In this document: one piece after another, positions 17,532 to 25,677 of the stretch
Layout of the letters: each line of letters opens with the position of its first letter
Numbering within the stretch: position 1 is the stretch's first letter
Assembly: GCA_038870415.1 (NCBI GenBank)
Contig: JAWCPE010000001.1
Location: forward strand, 6,806-70,805
Direction: 5' to 3'
DNA from: Candidatus Bathyarchaeia archaeon
GTDB lineage: Archaea > Thermoproteota > CALKCG01 > B24 > JAWCPE01
Length of the DNA: 64,000 nucleotides
The notes under the pieces: model-generated
Seen by the model: only the letters and a program-made list of their open reading frames with translations
What the model was told of the DNA's origin: nothing
Database searches by the model: none
Position numbers and translations under genes: made by a program

Positions 17532-18754
17532 GCTAGGTCCCTCGCCAAGATGTGGACGGTGCAGATACCACCGGTCCCACCGATGTTGTGGCAGAGAGCC
17601 GTATTCAGGTCGCCGTCAACGCTTACCTGGTTTCTGCCAGCTTCTCCCCGCAGCTGTTTGAAGCACTCGTAAGCCTGTCTGACGCCGGTCGCCCCGACAG
17701 GGTGGCCGTCAGCCTTCAAGCCGCCCCCCGGGTTGACGGTAAGCTCTCCCCTCGGTCCTTGGTACGGGATGTGCCTCGAGCCCTTGAAGGATTCGTAGCT
17801 CTCGTAGACGCCTCTCCAGGCCTCCCCCCTCTTGTAGAAGCCTGAATCCTCGAGGAAGAGGAGCTCCTCGATCGTGAAGCAGTCATGGACCTCAGCGAGC
17901 CTTATATCCTCCATCGTCAGGCCCGCATCTTCTATGGCTGCGCGGGCTGCGAGAGCCGTCGCCTTGATGCTGATGATGCTCTCGCGGTTTGAAAGCGAGA
18001 CGTCATCTGTGGCCTGCCGGCTCGCCACGATGTAAATAGGGGTATCCGTGTACTTTTTCGCCTGTTCTGGACTTGTGAGGACTAAAGCGACGGCGCCGTC
18101 TGAGATAGGTGAGCAGTGTAGGAGCCGGATCGGGTCAGCTATCAGAGGAGAGGACATCACCTGTTCCACGGTGATGTCTCGTCTGAACTGGGCGTAAGGA
18201 TTATTCACGGCATGGTGGTGGTTCTTGCAGGCCACCTGAGCCAGGGACTCTAAGCATCTACGGTCGCCCCGCCCGTAGTCGTAGATGTACCTAGCCATGA
18301 TCGCTGCGTAGAGGCCTGAGAAGGTGTAGCCCGCGTCGAACTCATGCGAGTCCGCCGCCAGCATCAGGTCGTCTATCACGTGCGCGGAGGCGTCCGTCAT
18401 CTTCTCAAAGCCGCCCACAAGGACGAGGTCGTATCGGCCCGACCTTATCCCGATACAGGCGTTGTAGAGCGCGGAGCCCCCGGAGGCGCAGGCCGCCTCG
18501 GTATTACTCATGGGGACGTTTATGCCGAGTTCACGAGACATGTAGCCGGGGAGAAGCCCCAGTTGATTTGTCGCTTGGTAGAGGAAGCTTCCGAAGTAGC
18601 AGGACTGGATGTCCTTCCGTCTCAGGCCTTTCTCCACGGATTCCATGGCTTCAATGCCGGCTTGCACCATGAGCTTCTCCGGATTCTCGTACCAGTGCTC
18701 GCCGAACTCGGTTCTCCCAACACCTACGATTGCGGCGAGAGGCTTGAAGCCCAC
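17528..18754 (-). CDS. Acetyl-CoA acetyltransferase (archaeal thiolase)
   Basis: EAACASGG, CSPISDGA, EVHDCFT, GGLKADGHPVGATG, HNIGGTG. Confidence 0.95.
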   Translation of the reverse strand: MGFKPLAAIVGVGRTEFGEHWYENPEKLMVQAGIEAMESVEKGLRRKDIQSCYFGSFLYQATNQLGLLPGYMSRELGINVPMSNTEAACASGGSALYNACIGIRSGRYDLVLVGGFEKMTDASAHVIDDLMLAADSHEFDAGYTFSGLYAAIMARYIYDYGRGDRRCLESLAQVACKNHHHAVNNPYAQFRRDITVEQVMSSPLIADPIRLLHCSPISDGAVALVLTSPEQAKKYTDTPIYIVASRQATDDVSLSNRESIISIKATALAARAAIEDAGLTMEDIRLAEVHDCFTIEELLFLEDSGFYKRGEAWRGVYESYESFKGSRHIPYQGPRGELTVNPGGGLKADGHPVGATGVRQAYECFKQLRGEAGRNQVSVDGDLNTALCHNIGGTGGICTVHILARDLA

Positions 18755-18899
18755 CCTGATACCTCTGGTTCTCAGCCGAGTCAGGCCGAGACCTTTTAAG
18801 ACTTGTCTTATCGTCGTAAAGGCTTAAGACAATTGTACCATAAGGACCTAGCAAACTGCTTAAGCGAGCGGAGTAGAGACCATAAGGGAGGAAGCAACG

Positions 18900-19574
18900 T
18901 TGAGGCTTGTAATACGGGTTGGAGGCTCCGTTGTCGCGTCCCCCCTCAACCCGGAACGCATCGCGCAGTACGCGGATGTGCTGAGGAGGCTGAGGCATGA
19001 AGGCCACGAGATCATCGCTGTGGTCGGGGGAGGAGCCTTCGCAAGGAACCTGATCCAGCTATCTGAGAGGATAGGGCTCAGCGCCCCAGACCAAGACTGG
19101 GTCGCTATTCAAGCCTCACGTGTCGTCGCTCAGATGCTCGCTGGGGCGCTGAGCGACGCTGCTCTTAAGGAGATCCCCCCCAGTGCCCGTCAGGCCGCTC
19201 GCATGCTTTCGGAGGGGAAGATAGTAGTTATGGGAGGGCTTGCGCCCGGCATGACCACCGATGCGGTAGCAGCCCTAATCGCGGGGAAGACCCGCGCAGA
19301 CCTCCTCGTCAAGGCTACAGACCAAGAGGGCGTCTACACAAAAGACCCTAGGAAGCACCCTGACGCCGTGAAGCTAGACCGGATCGCCTTTACAGAACTT
19401 CAGGCACATATGGAGCATAGGACGCATCAGGTTGGGATACACCAGGTCTTAGACCCGAAGGCAGCTGAGCTGCTCACAAAGGTAAGGGTGAAGACCGTGG
19501 TTCTGAACGGGTTAAACCCGCAGAACATTGAAGCGGCGGTCAGAGGAGAGAGGATAGGCACGCTCATCGAGTGA
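18900..19574 (+). CDS. pyrH: UMP kinase
   Basis: VIRVGGSV, VVGGGAFAR, PGMTTDAVAA, GVYTKDP. Confidence 0.93.
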   Translation: MRLVIRVGGSVVASPLNPERIAQYADVLRRLRHEGHEIIAVVGGGAFARNLIQLSERIGLSAPDQDWVAIQASRVVAQMLAGALSDAALKEIPPSARQAARMLSEGKIVVMGGLAPGMTTDAVAALIAGKTRADLLVKATDQEGVYTKDPRKHPDAVKLDRIAFTELQAHMEHRTHQVGIHQVLDPKAAELLTKVRVKTVVLNGLNPQNIEAAVRGERIGTLIE

Positions 19575-20047
19575 CGGCGCCGCGAGGACGGCCGCCTCCG
19601 GCAAGGCGTTTCTTGCCTGCAAACCAATCAAGCCGAAGGCGCTTGACGCCCAGCGTCTAGGCTCTTCAGGTCTTCACCTAGCCCGCTAGGCGCGTCCGAC
19701 CCGATACGGGCCGCGTATTCCATCGTCGAGATGCGGGTGCGAGGCAACCTCTCTATGTCGAAGGCGTGTCTTCGGTGATGTAAGGTGGTTTTCATCGTCA
19801 AGAGCCCTGCTTAGAGCTCCTAATTCAGCTGGAACGCTGCGCGAACATAGTCTGGTCGAGGGCAGTCTTCTGTCTTGGTGACCTCTCTCGGAGATGTCTG
19901 ACTCAGTAGACTCCCGCTTAGCGGCGACTACGGTCTGCTGAAAGGGCGGCAGGTGCGGCTGTCACGTCTCATTCTTCTCCGCCTTTAGCCTGGCAGTCAC
20001 GGAAGGCTTATTATCAGCCGGCTGGGATAGCCGGTCTCGACAGCGGC

Positions 20048-21100
20048 ATGGTGACCTTCAAAGCTGAGGAACTCAGGTCGTTGACACGTGCAGTTTTCGA
20101 GGCGGCGGGAGCAAGCCGTGACGAGGCTGGCAAGGTCGCAGAGCTTCTCGTCCGGTCTAACCTGGCGGGTCACGACTCTCACGGCGTCATCCGGATACCC
20201 TGGTATGTTACGCTCATCAAGGAGGGGAAGCTGAAGCCCGGAGCGAAGGTTGAGGTTATCCGCGAGACCAGCTCAACCGCCCTGGTTGACGGGAATTGGG
20301 GGTTCGGACAGGTCGTAGCTTGGCGAAGCATGGAGATCGCGGTCGAGAAGGCCCGGATAAGCGGCGTAGGGACTGTAGGCGTCTATAACTGTAACCATGT
20401 CGGCAGGCTTGTCGACTACACGGCTTTCGCCGCGTCTCAGGACATGGTAGGCATCATGATGTGTAACGACGGCGCTATCGTCGCGCCGTTCGGCGGCATA
20501 GACCGCCTCTTCAACCCCGGGCCGATAAGTGTCGCCTTCCCCGCGGGCAGCCAGCCACCGATCCTCTTGGACATCTCGACCGCCGTCGCGGCTGAGGGTA
20601 AGATACGAGTCAAGGCGCGGCGTGGAGAGAAGATCCCGTTCGGATGGATCATCGACAAGGAGGGGAGGCCGACCGACAACCCTGCAGACCTCTACGCGGG
20701 CGGCGCGATCCTTCCTCTCGGAGGAGACGTAGGGTACAAGGGTTTCGGCCTAGGGCTGTTCGTTGACATCATGAGCGGGGCGCTCACAGGCTCAGGCTGC
20801 GCGTCAAGCCCGGAGTACAAGGGCGGGAACGGAGTCTTCATGATGGCGGTGAACATCGCCAACTTCACGAGCGTAAAGGACTACAAGAGGCGAGTTGACG
20901 AGCTCATACTGAGGGTAAAGGCGTCGAGAAAAGCACCTGGCGTTAAGGAGATTCTGCTCCCAGGAGAACCTGAGCTACGTGAAGAGCAAAGACGGCTACG
21001 TGAAGGAATCTACATAGAGGAGGAGACCTGGAAAGAGATCGCTTCCACCGCCAAGGGTCTAGGCTTAGACCTACCCCTATCAGCGACCCGGGATGACTGA
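20048..21100 (+). CDS. Type 2 malate/L-lactate dehydrogenase family (Ldh_2) oxidoreductase
   Basis: GHDSHGVIR, DGNWGFGQV, NHVGRL, GYKGFGL, LPGEPE. Confidence 0.92.
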   Translation: MVTFKAEELRSLTRAVFEAAGASRDEAGKVAELLVRSNLAGHDSHGVIRIPWYVTLIKEGKLKPGAKVEVIRETSSTALVDGNWGFGQVVAWRSMEIAVEKARISGVGTVGVYNCNHVGRLVDYTAFAASQDMVGIMMCNDGAIVAPFGGIDRLFNPGPISVAFPAGSQPPILLDISTAVAAEGKIRVKARRGEKIPFGWIIDKEGRPTDNPADLYAGGAILPLGGDVGYKGFGLGLFVDIMSGALTGSGCASSPEYKGGNGVFMMAVNIANFTSVKDYKRRVDELILRVKASRKAPGVKEILLPGEPELREEQRRLREGIYIEEETWKEIASTAKGLGLDLPLSATRDD

Positions 21101-21119
21101 AGGCTATCAGGGGCAGCCC

Positions 21120-22007
21120 TTACCTCTTAGGTAGAAGCTTAGCGATCTCCTCTCTTGCCTCGGCTGTCAGCGGTTGGAGAGGCTTCCTCGGGTAGCCACC
21201 CGGCAGCCCTAGAAGGTTAAGCGCCTCCTTCACGGCTACAACCCCGTACTTCGCGGTCAGAAGCCTGTTAGCTTCCAGGATGGAAAGCTGTAGGTCTCTA
21301 GCCGTGGCTATATCTCCTTTCTCCCAGCTGTCGTAGATCTGGACGCACTCGTGTGGGAAAGCGTTCGCGACAGCGACGACCGCCCCCTTCCCACCGAGCA
21401 TCAGCGTAGGGAAGATGACGTTTCCCGTCCCAGCCATCACGGAGAAGTCCTCTCTCCAACGCGTTAGGCGGATGGTCTCCGCTATCTGGTTGATCTCGCC
21501 GCTGCTATCCTTAACGCCTATCACTTGTTCATCCTTAGCCAGCTCAGCGACGATGCTCGGCTCGAGGTTGAAACCCGTGAACTTCGGCACGTTATACAGC
21601 ATCACCGGCAGATCGACGGCTCTCACGACCTCGGTGTAGTGGTCTAACAGCTCGTTGCGGCCTGGCTTGAAATAGTACGGCGTTACGACGAGGAGCGCAT
21701 CCACCCCTACTTCCTGAGCGTCCTTGGAGAAGTCCACGGTCTCAGCCGTGGAGATGCTTCCTGTGCCCGCGATCACCTTGACGCGTCCCTTGACGGCCTC
21801 GACCACCTGCTGGATAACAGCCTTTCTTTCCATTCTGGTCAGGTAGGGGGCTTCACCGTTACTTCCGCAGGGCACGAGGCCGTGTACTCCTGCCTCAATC
21901 CAGAAACGTATAAGCGTCCTCAGTCCCTGCTCGTCAATCTCGCCTTTAGACGTGAAGGGTGTCACGTGAGGGACGTATATCCCCCGGGGGATGAAACCTG
22001 AGGCCAT
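21120..22007 (-). CDS. DHDPS/NAL-family class I aldolase (GSNGE type)
   Basis: GSNGE, PYY, LYNVP, Schiff-base GVKDSSG. Confidence 0.88.
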   Translation of the reverse strand: MASGFIPRGIYVPHVTPFTSKGEIDEQGLRTLIRFWIEAGVHGLVPCGSNGEAPYLTRMERKAVIQQVVEAVKGRVKVIAGTGSISTAETVDFSKDAQEVGVDALLVVTPYYFKPGRNELLDHYTEVVRAVDLPVMLYNVPKFTGFNLEPSIVAELAKDEQVIGVKDSSGEINQIAETIRLTRWREDFSVMAGTGNVIFPTLMLGGKGAVVAVANAFPHECVQIYDSWEKGDIATARDLQLSILEANRLLTAKYGVVAVKEALNLLGLPGGYPRKPLQPLTAEAREEIAKLLPKR

Positions 22008-22034
22008 GGGCTAGCTGCCTCTTCCCTCAGTCTC

Positions 22035-22574
22035 CTAGCGGATCGCGGATCTAAGCTCTCTAATCCGGTTCTCGACGAGTTCGACCAGCTTCTTTCTGGC
22101 CTCTTCAGCTTGAAGTTGTAGGGGCTTCATCCTGCCTACGCTCTCTGCAAGGGCTTTGTCCCCTATGAAACTGAGCCATTGTTCGAAGTCGCCTCGTTCA
22201 AGGTGGAAACTCACCGAGTCCAAGTCGACCTTCTGCAAGGCGTCGCGGAACTGAGCCAGACTGTTAGCCATAACCCCTGCAGGGCGCCCCACTGCCGAGT
22301 AGAAGCGGAAGCCCAGCTCAGAAGGCACCTCAGCCAGAAGCTTCGCGGCTTCCTCGGAGGCTCGCTCGATCCGAGCGGCGACCTCTCTGCCAGCTGCGGT
22401 CAGAACGAAGAGGCCTCGGGATTCCCTTGCGACATACCCCTGCCTCAGCAGGGCCAGTAGATAAGGTGTTACAGTTCTAGACGCCAAACCTAGCTTCTCA
22501 GCGACTTCTTTAGGCCTGACAGCTCTTCCAGCCCTAGTTAGGAAGACGAGAACCCTCTCTTTCTGCTCTGACAT
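22035..22574 (-). CDS. Winged-helix protein with C-terminal DUF5752-like domain
   Basis: N-terminal wHTH (RPKEVAEKLGL..L.RQGYV), C-terminal FRFY..G...A.SL..F...S..FHLERGDFEQW. Confidence 0.8.
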   Translation of the reverse strand: MSEQKERVLVFLTRAGRAVRPKEVAEKLGLASRTVTPYLLALLRQGYVARESRGLFVLTAAGREVAARIERASEEAAKLLAEVPSELGFRFYSAVGRPAGVMANSLAQFRDALQKVDLDSVSFHLERGDFEQWLSFIGDKALAESVGRMKPLQLQAEEARKKLVELVENRIRELRSAIR

Positions 22575-22710
22575 GCTCTTCCAGCGTTGTAAGGCCTAGC
22601 TTAAAGAAAGCCTTTACGCCTTCGCCAACTCTGCGCAGCCATCTCGCCCGACCCCGTTGGCTGAGACCCCGGGGGTGTCAAGGCTTTTCTAGCGCTCTTG
22701 AACCTCAGGG

Positions 22711-23067
22711 GTGAGAGGGGCAGGTTTGCCCAGATTGAGGGAGGATGAGGCTGACAGCGGCACGTCTACAAGCGAGGACCAGGTCTTGGTGAGGTTATGT
22801 TCCGATAAGGTCGCCTACGAGGCGAGGCCAGCGAAGCCGCAGAGATATGACCTCGGAAAGGTTCAAGCCATTCTAGCCAAAGGGGCTCCTTACGCGACGG
22901 TCGTCTTCACCCCCTACCTCATCGTGTTGAGGAGGGGTAACGTCGAGATCACGATGGCTCAAGACGGCCGACTTATCATCAGGAGAGCGGAGAGCCAGGC
23001 CGCCGCGCGAGCGGTCGCAGAGGAGCTCCTCAGCCTACTACCGAGCGCTTTGGTCAGCCAGCCGTGA
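22711..23067 (+). CDS. Hypothetical protein resembling the C-terminal domain of long MoeB/ThiF proteins
   Basis: LC.D.....P...DL....PYL.......DGRLII pattern, judged from memory of the family. Confidence 0.55.
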   Translation: MRGAGLPRLREDEADSGTSTSEDQVLVRLCSDKVAYEARPAKPQRYDLGKVQAILAKGAPYATVVFTPYLIVLRRGNVEITMAQDGRLIIRRAESQAAARAVAEELLSLLPSALVSQP

Positions 23068-23111
23068 GAGGCACGCTTGACAGGTTCAGGTAGCGCGTGG
23101 GTAAGCCTCGT

Positions 23112-23804
23112 CTAGGACGCGTTAAGCTCGATGATCTCGCTTTCAAGAAGGTCCTTTGCCACCATCTCCTCGATGCGGAGAGACCTCTCCGCCTCTTCGA
23201 CCCGTTGCCTACTGGGATGAGTGGCTGGGTACCTCGGTGGACCGCTGCAGCAGAGCCCTGGGCTTGTAGAGATCGCGTAAGTCCCTATCTTCCTCGCGAG
23301 GTGTTCCACCTCGACCTTGTCCATAGCGATGAGAGGCCTCAACACTGGGAGAGACCTCACGGCGTCACTTATCACTTGGAGGCTTCCGGAGGTTTGGCTT
23401 GCATGCTCGCCTAGTATCTCGCCTGTCGCAATTGAGCTGGCGTCCTCTTTAGCCGCGATGGCTTCGGCGACGCGGTACATCATCCGTCTGCAGAGGATGC
23501 AGGTCAGCTTCCTCGAGCATCTTCGAAGTATCTCAGCCAGGTCGTTTCCATGCGGCGTGACGTACAGCCGCGCCTTACCGCCAGGGAGATGCCTGCAGAG
23601 TATCCTTGCGACGTTCAAAGCTCTGGCCCTCGTCGTCTCGTCTGTGAACGGGTAGTTGTCGAAGTAGACGAAGACGGGTATGTATCCGCGCCTTATGAGC
23701 AGCCACGCTGCAACGGGCGAATCGATCCCGCCTGAGAGTAAACAGACAGTCTTGGCGGCTTGGACCGGCTGCGCATACTTAGGTATCGCTTGTGGACTTT
23801 CCAA
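23112..23804 (-). CDS. ThiI-like PP-loop sulfurtransferase lacking NFLD/THUMP domains
   Basis: LLSGGIDSPVA, CILCRRMM, TGE.LG..ASQT, RPLI.MDK, late CC; only 230 aa. Confidence 0.85.
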   Translation of the reverse strand: MESPQAIPKYAQPVQAAKTVCLLSGGIDSPVAAWLLIRRGYIPVFVYFDNYPFTDETTRARALNVARILCRHLPGGKARLYVTPHGNDLAEILRRCSRKLTCILCRRMMYRVAEAIAAKEDASSIATGEILGEHASQTSGSLQVISDAVRSLPVLRPLIAMDKVEVEHLARKIGTYAISTSPGLCCSGPPRYPATHPSRQRVEEAERSLRIEEMVAKDLLESEIIELNAS

Positions 23805-23959
23805 TCTAGTCAGCTAGAACGCCGTGTTGCTCTCATATATAGGCGACTGGCTGCTCGAAGCATCATCCTTGCTGAGCACGACGCGACGCCACCGAAGGTG
23901 AGAAGAGTGTCTTGAGCCCCGAGTTGATTCGGGAACGCCTTAGAACTCGGCTCGGTAAG

Positions 23960-24361
23960 CTACCCCGGGGGTCTCTTTTGGACGTAGAGGTACTCTCCCT
24001 TCTTGCCCTCCCTCGATAGGATTCCGTCTCTGACGAGTTCTGCGAGGGTGTGGGCTACGGCGCTTCTGTCGTAGTGGTAGCCACGGCGGGACATCTCATC
24101 ATGTGACTCTGAGAGGCTTCTTCCCTCTTCGAAGAAACGCTCCTGCCAGAGCGTCAGGAGGACGCTTCTACACGTGTTAAGACGGGTGAGAGGTTCCACC
24201 GCCGGTGTTGCTGTAGGCTGACCCCCAACCTGGGAGGTCTTCTCCTGTACCGCGTCGATAAAGTCCTCTACTGCCTTCTTGAGCTGAGCTTCCTCACATT
24301 GGATCTCGGCCTCGACGTTTCCGATCTTGAGCTTGATCCGTATCGTCCCAGCGGTGGACAC
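23960..24361 (-). CDS. Hypothetical protein with C-terminal winged helix
   Basis: IKLKIG.VE.E N-terminus; W.E.FF...RSL.E...GY.Y...L..LV..G.L.R.G..G.Y.Y. Confidence 0.75.
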   Translation of the reverse strand: MSTAGTIRIKLKIGNVEAEIQCEEAQLKKAVEDFIDAVQEKTSQVGGQPTATPAVEPLTRLNTCRSVLLTLWQERFFEEGRSLSESHDEMSRRGYHYDRSAVAHTLAELVRDGILSREGKKGEYLYVQKRPPG

Positions 24362-24390
24362 GTGCGGTCACTGTTGATTGTTCATGTTGA

Positions 24391-24455
24391 GTGCACAACA
24401 ACACTTAAATACCGAGCACCACCCCCTAGTTGTTGTTTGCACAATTTAAGCGTTG
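24391..24455. promoter_or_regulatory. Overlapping face-to-face promoters / inverted repeat
   Basis: CAACACTTAAAT on + (24399-24410) and CAACGCTTAAAT on - (24444-24455), flanked by CAACAAC/GTTGTTG repeats. Confidence 0.55.
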
Positions 24456-24475
24456 AGCAACAAGGAGGGTCCCCT

Positions 24476-25663
24476 CTGGCCCGCGTACTACCGCTCTTCC
24501 CGTCAACACCTTTCCCAGCCACAGAGCCTCAGCTCATAGGCCAGACTCCCGGGCTATTAAGCGACAGCCCGGCGCCAAGCCCATACTCGAAGCTTTACAA
24601 TGACCTGATCGACTCTGGCACGAAAGCCCTGCTGAACGGCTTGGCAAGCTACGCGCGGGAGAGGCGTGAGGCCGTCTCGAAGCTACGCGGCCGGATCACG
24701 GTGAGGAGGGCGGCGCTCACCAGTGATGGTCCCGCCAAGGGCAAGGTCGTGGGCGTCGATGCCGGTCGGAACGGTACCTCGTACAAGTTCGCCTATGTGC
24801 CCATCTACGGCGCAGTGGCGGTGCTCGTGGAGAACTACGTCGTCCGCGAAGAGCCCCTCTGCATCTCCGGCGCACCTGACATCTGGCCTGTCGAAGCGGA
24901 CCCTGAGAGGCGTGAGAGCCTCCTCCACATGGCGCTCGAATACCGGATAGCGAGACAGGCTGTCGAGCTTTGGAGACCAGACTTCGTACTCCTCGACGGC
25001 GGCATCATACTTAACCCAAGGCTTCAGCCGAGGCTGCAAGACTCCGGAGGCTACGAAGGCGACTTCTTCTCCGCCTGCACGAACGCCCTCGACCTATTGG
25101 CCGCCTGCAAGGACCGAGGCGTGACTTTGGCCGGCTTCATCAAGAGGACAAAGATGAACCATTACGGTAGAATGCTGGAAGTGCCTAATCTCCGAGATGC
25201 TGTTCTTCTGAACCCCCTCTTGGAGAGGGGCGCGTATACTGACCCGTTCCAGATGTCGAACAAGGTAACGGCCGCCTACAGACGGCTAGCTGAGGACCTA
25301 GGCTACAGCCCAGAGATGGTCGAGGTTCAGTCATGCTACCTGAAGACCGCATTAGCTCCTTTCAGGGTGGAGGTGCCCCGCTTCTGCCTACCGAAAGTCG
25401 AGGAGCTTATGTCTGTGCTCTGCGCGGCAGCTGACTCAGAGGGGATCCCCTACGCGATTCATGAGGCGGATCGGCTGGCGAGGATAACGAGGCCCACCTC
25501 GAATATCCATAGCCTCGTCCTCTTCTCAAGGGCGCTCGACCTCGTTAGAACCGGGGAGATCACCTCTGAGGACCTAGACATCCTCAGTCTAGAGCATGGA
25601 CAGGAGTGGGCGCTTGAGCAGGAAGCCCTCGGAGAACGCCTGATGGAGGCTGACACTCCCTGA
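24476..25663 (+). CDS. nurA: NurA-family nuclease
   Basis: GVDAG, LLDGG, IKR, PYAIHEAD acidic/His motifs. Likely CTG start after a GGAGG RBS (the ORF is open from 24299). Confidence 0.85.
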   Translation: MARVLPLFPSTPFPATEPQLIGQTPGLLSDSPAPSPYSKLYNDLIDSGTKALLNGLASYARERREAVSKLRGRITVRRAALTSDGPAKGKVVGVDAGRNGTSYKFAYVPIYGAVAVLVENYVVREEPLCISGAPDIWPVEADPERRESLLHMALEYRIARQAVELWRPDFVLLDGGIILNPRLQPRLQDSGGYEGDFFSACTNALDLLAACKDRGVTLAGFIKRTKMNHYGRMLEVPNLRDAVLLNPLLERGAYTDPFQMSNKVTAAYRRLAEDLGYSPEMVEVQSCYLKTALAPFRVEVPRFCLPKVEELMSVLCAAADSEGIPYAIHEADRLARITRPTSNIHSLVLFSRALDLVRTGEITSEDLDILSLEHGQEWALEQEALGERLMEADTP

Positions 25664-25677
25664 ACGAGATAGGCTAC

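Noticed and set aside
19628..19795. 55-aa minus-strand ORF (..TMEYAARIG..), possibly a gene remnant
   Set aside because: Too short, with no convincing RBS or family motif.
24299..24475. N-terminal extension of the NurA ORF (and similar extensions at 33024, 6875, 10393)
   Set aside because: They overlap neighbouring genes or promoters; downstream starts match the family N-termini or RBS positions.
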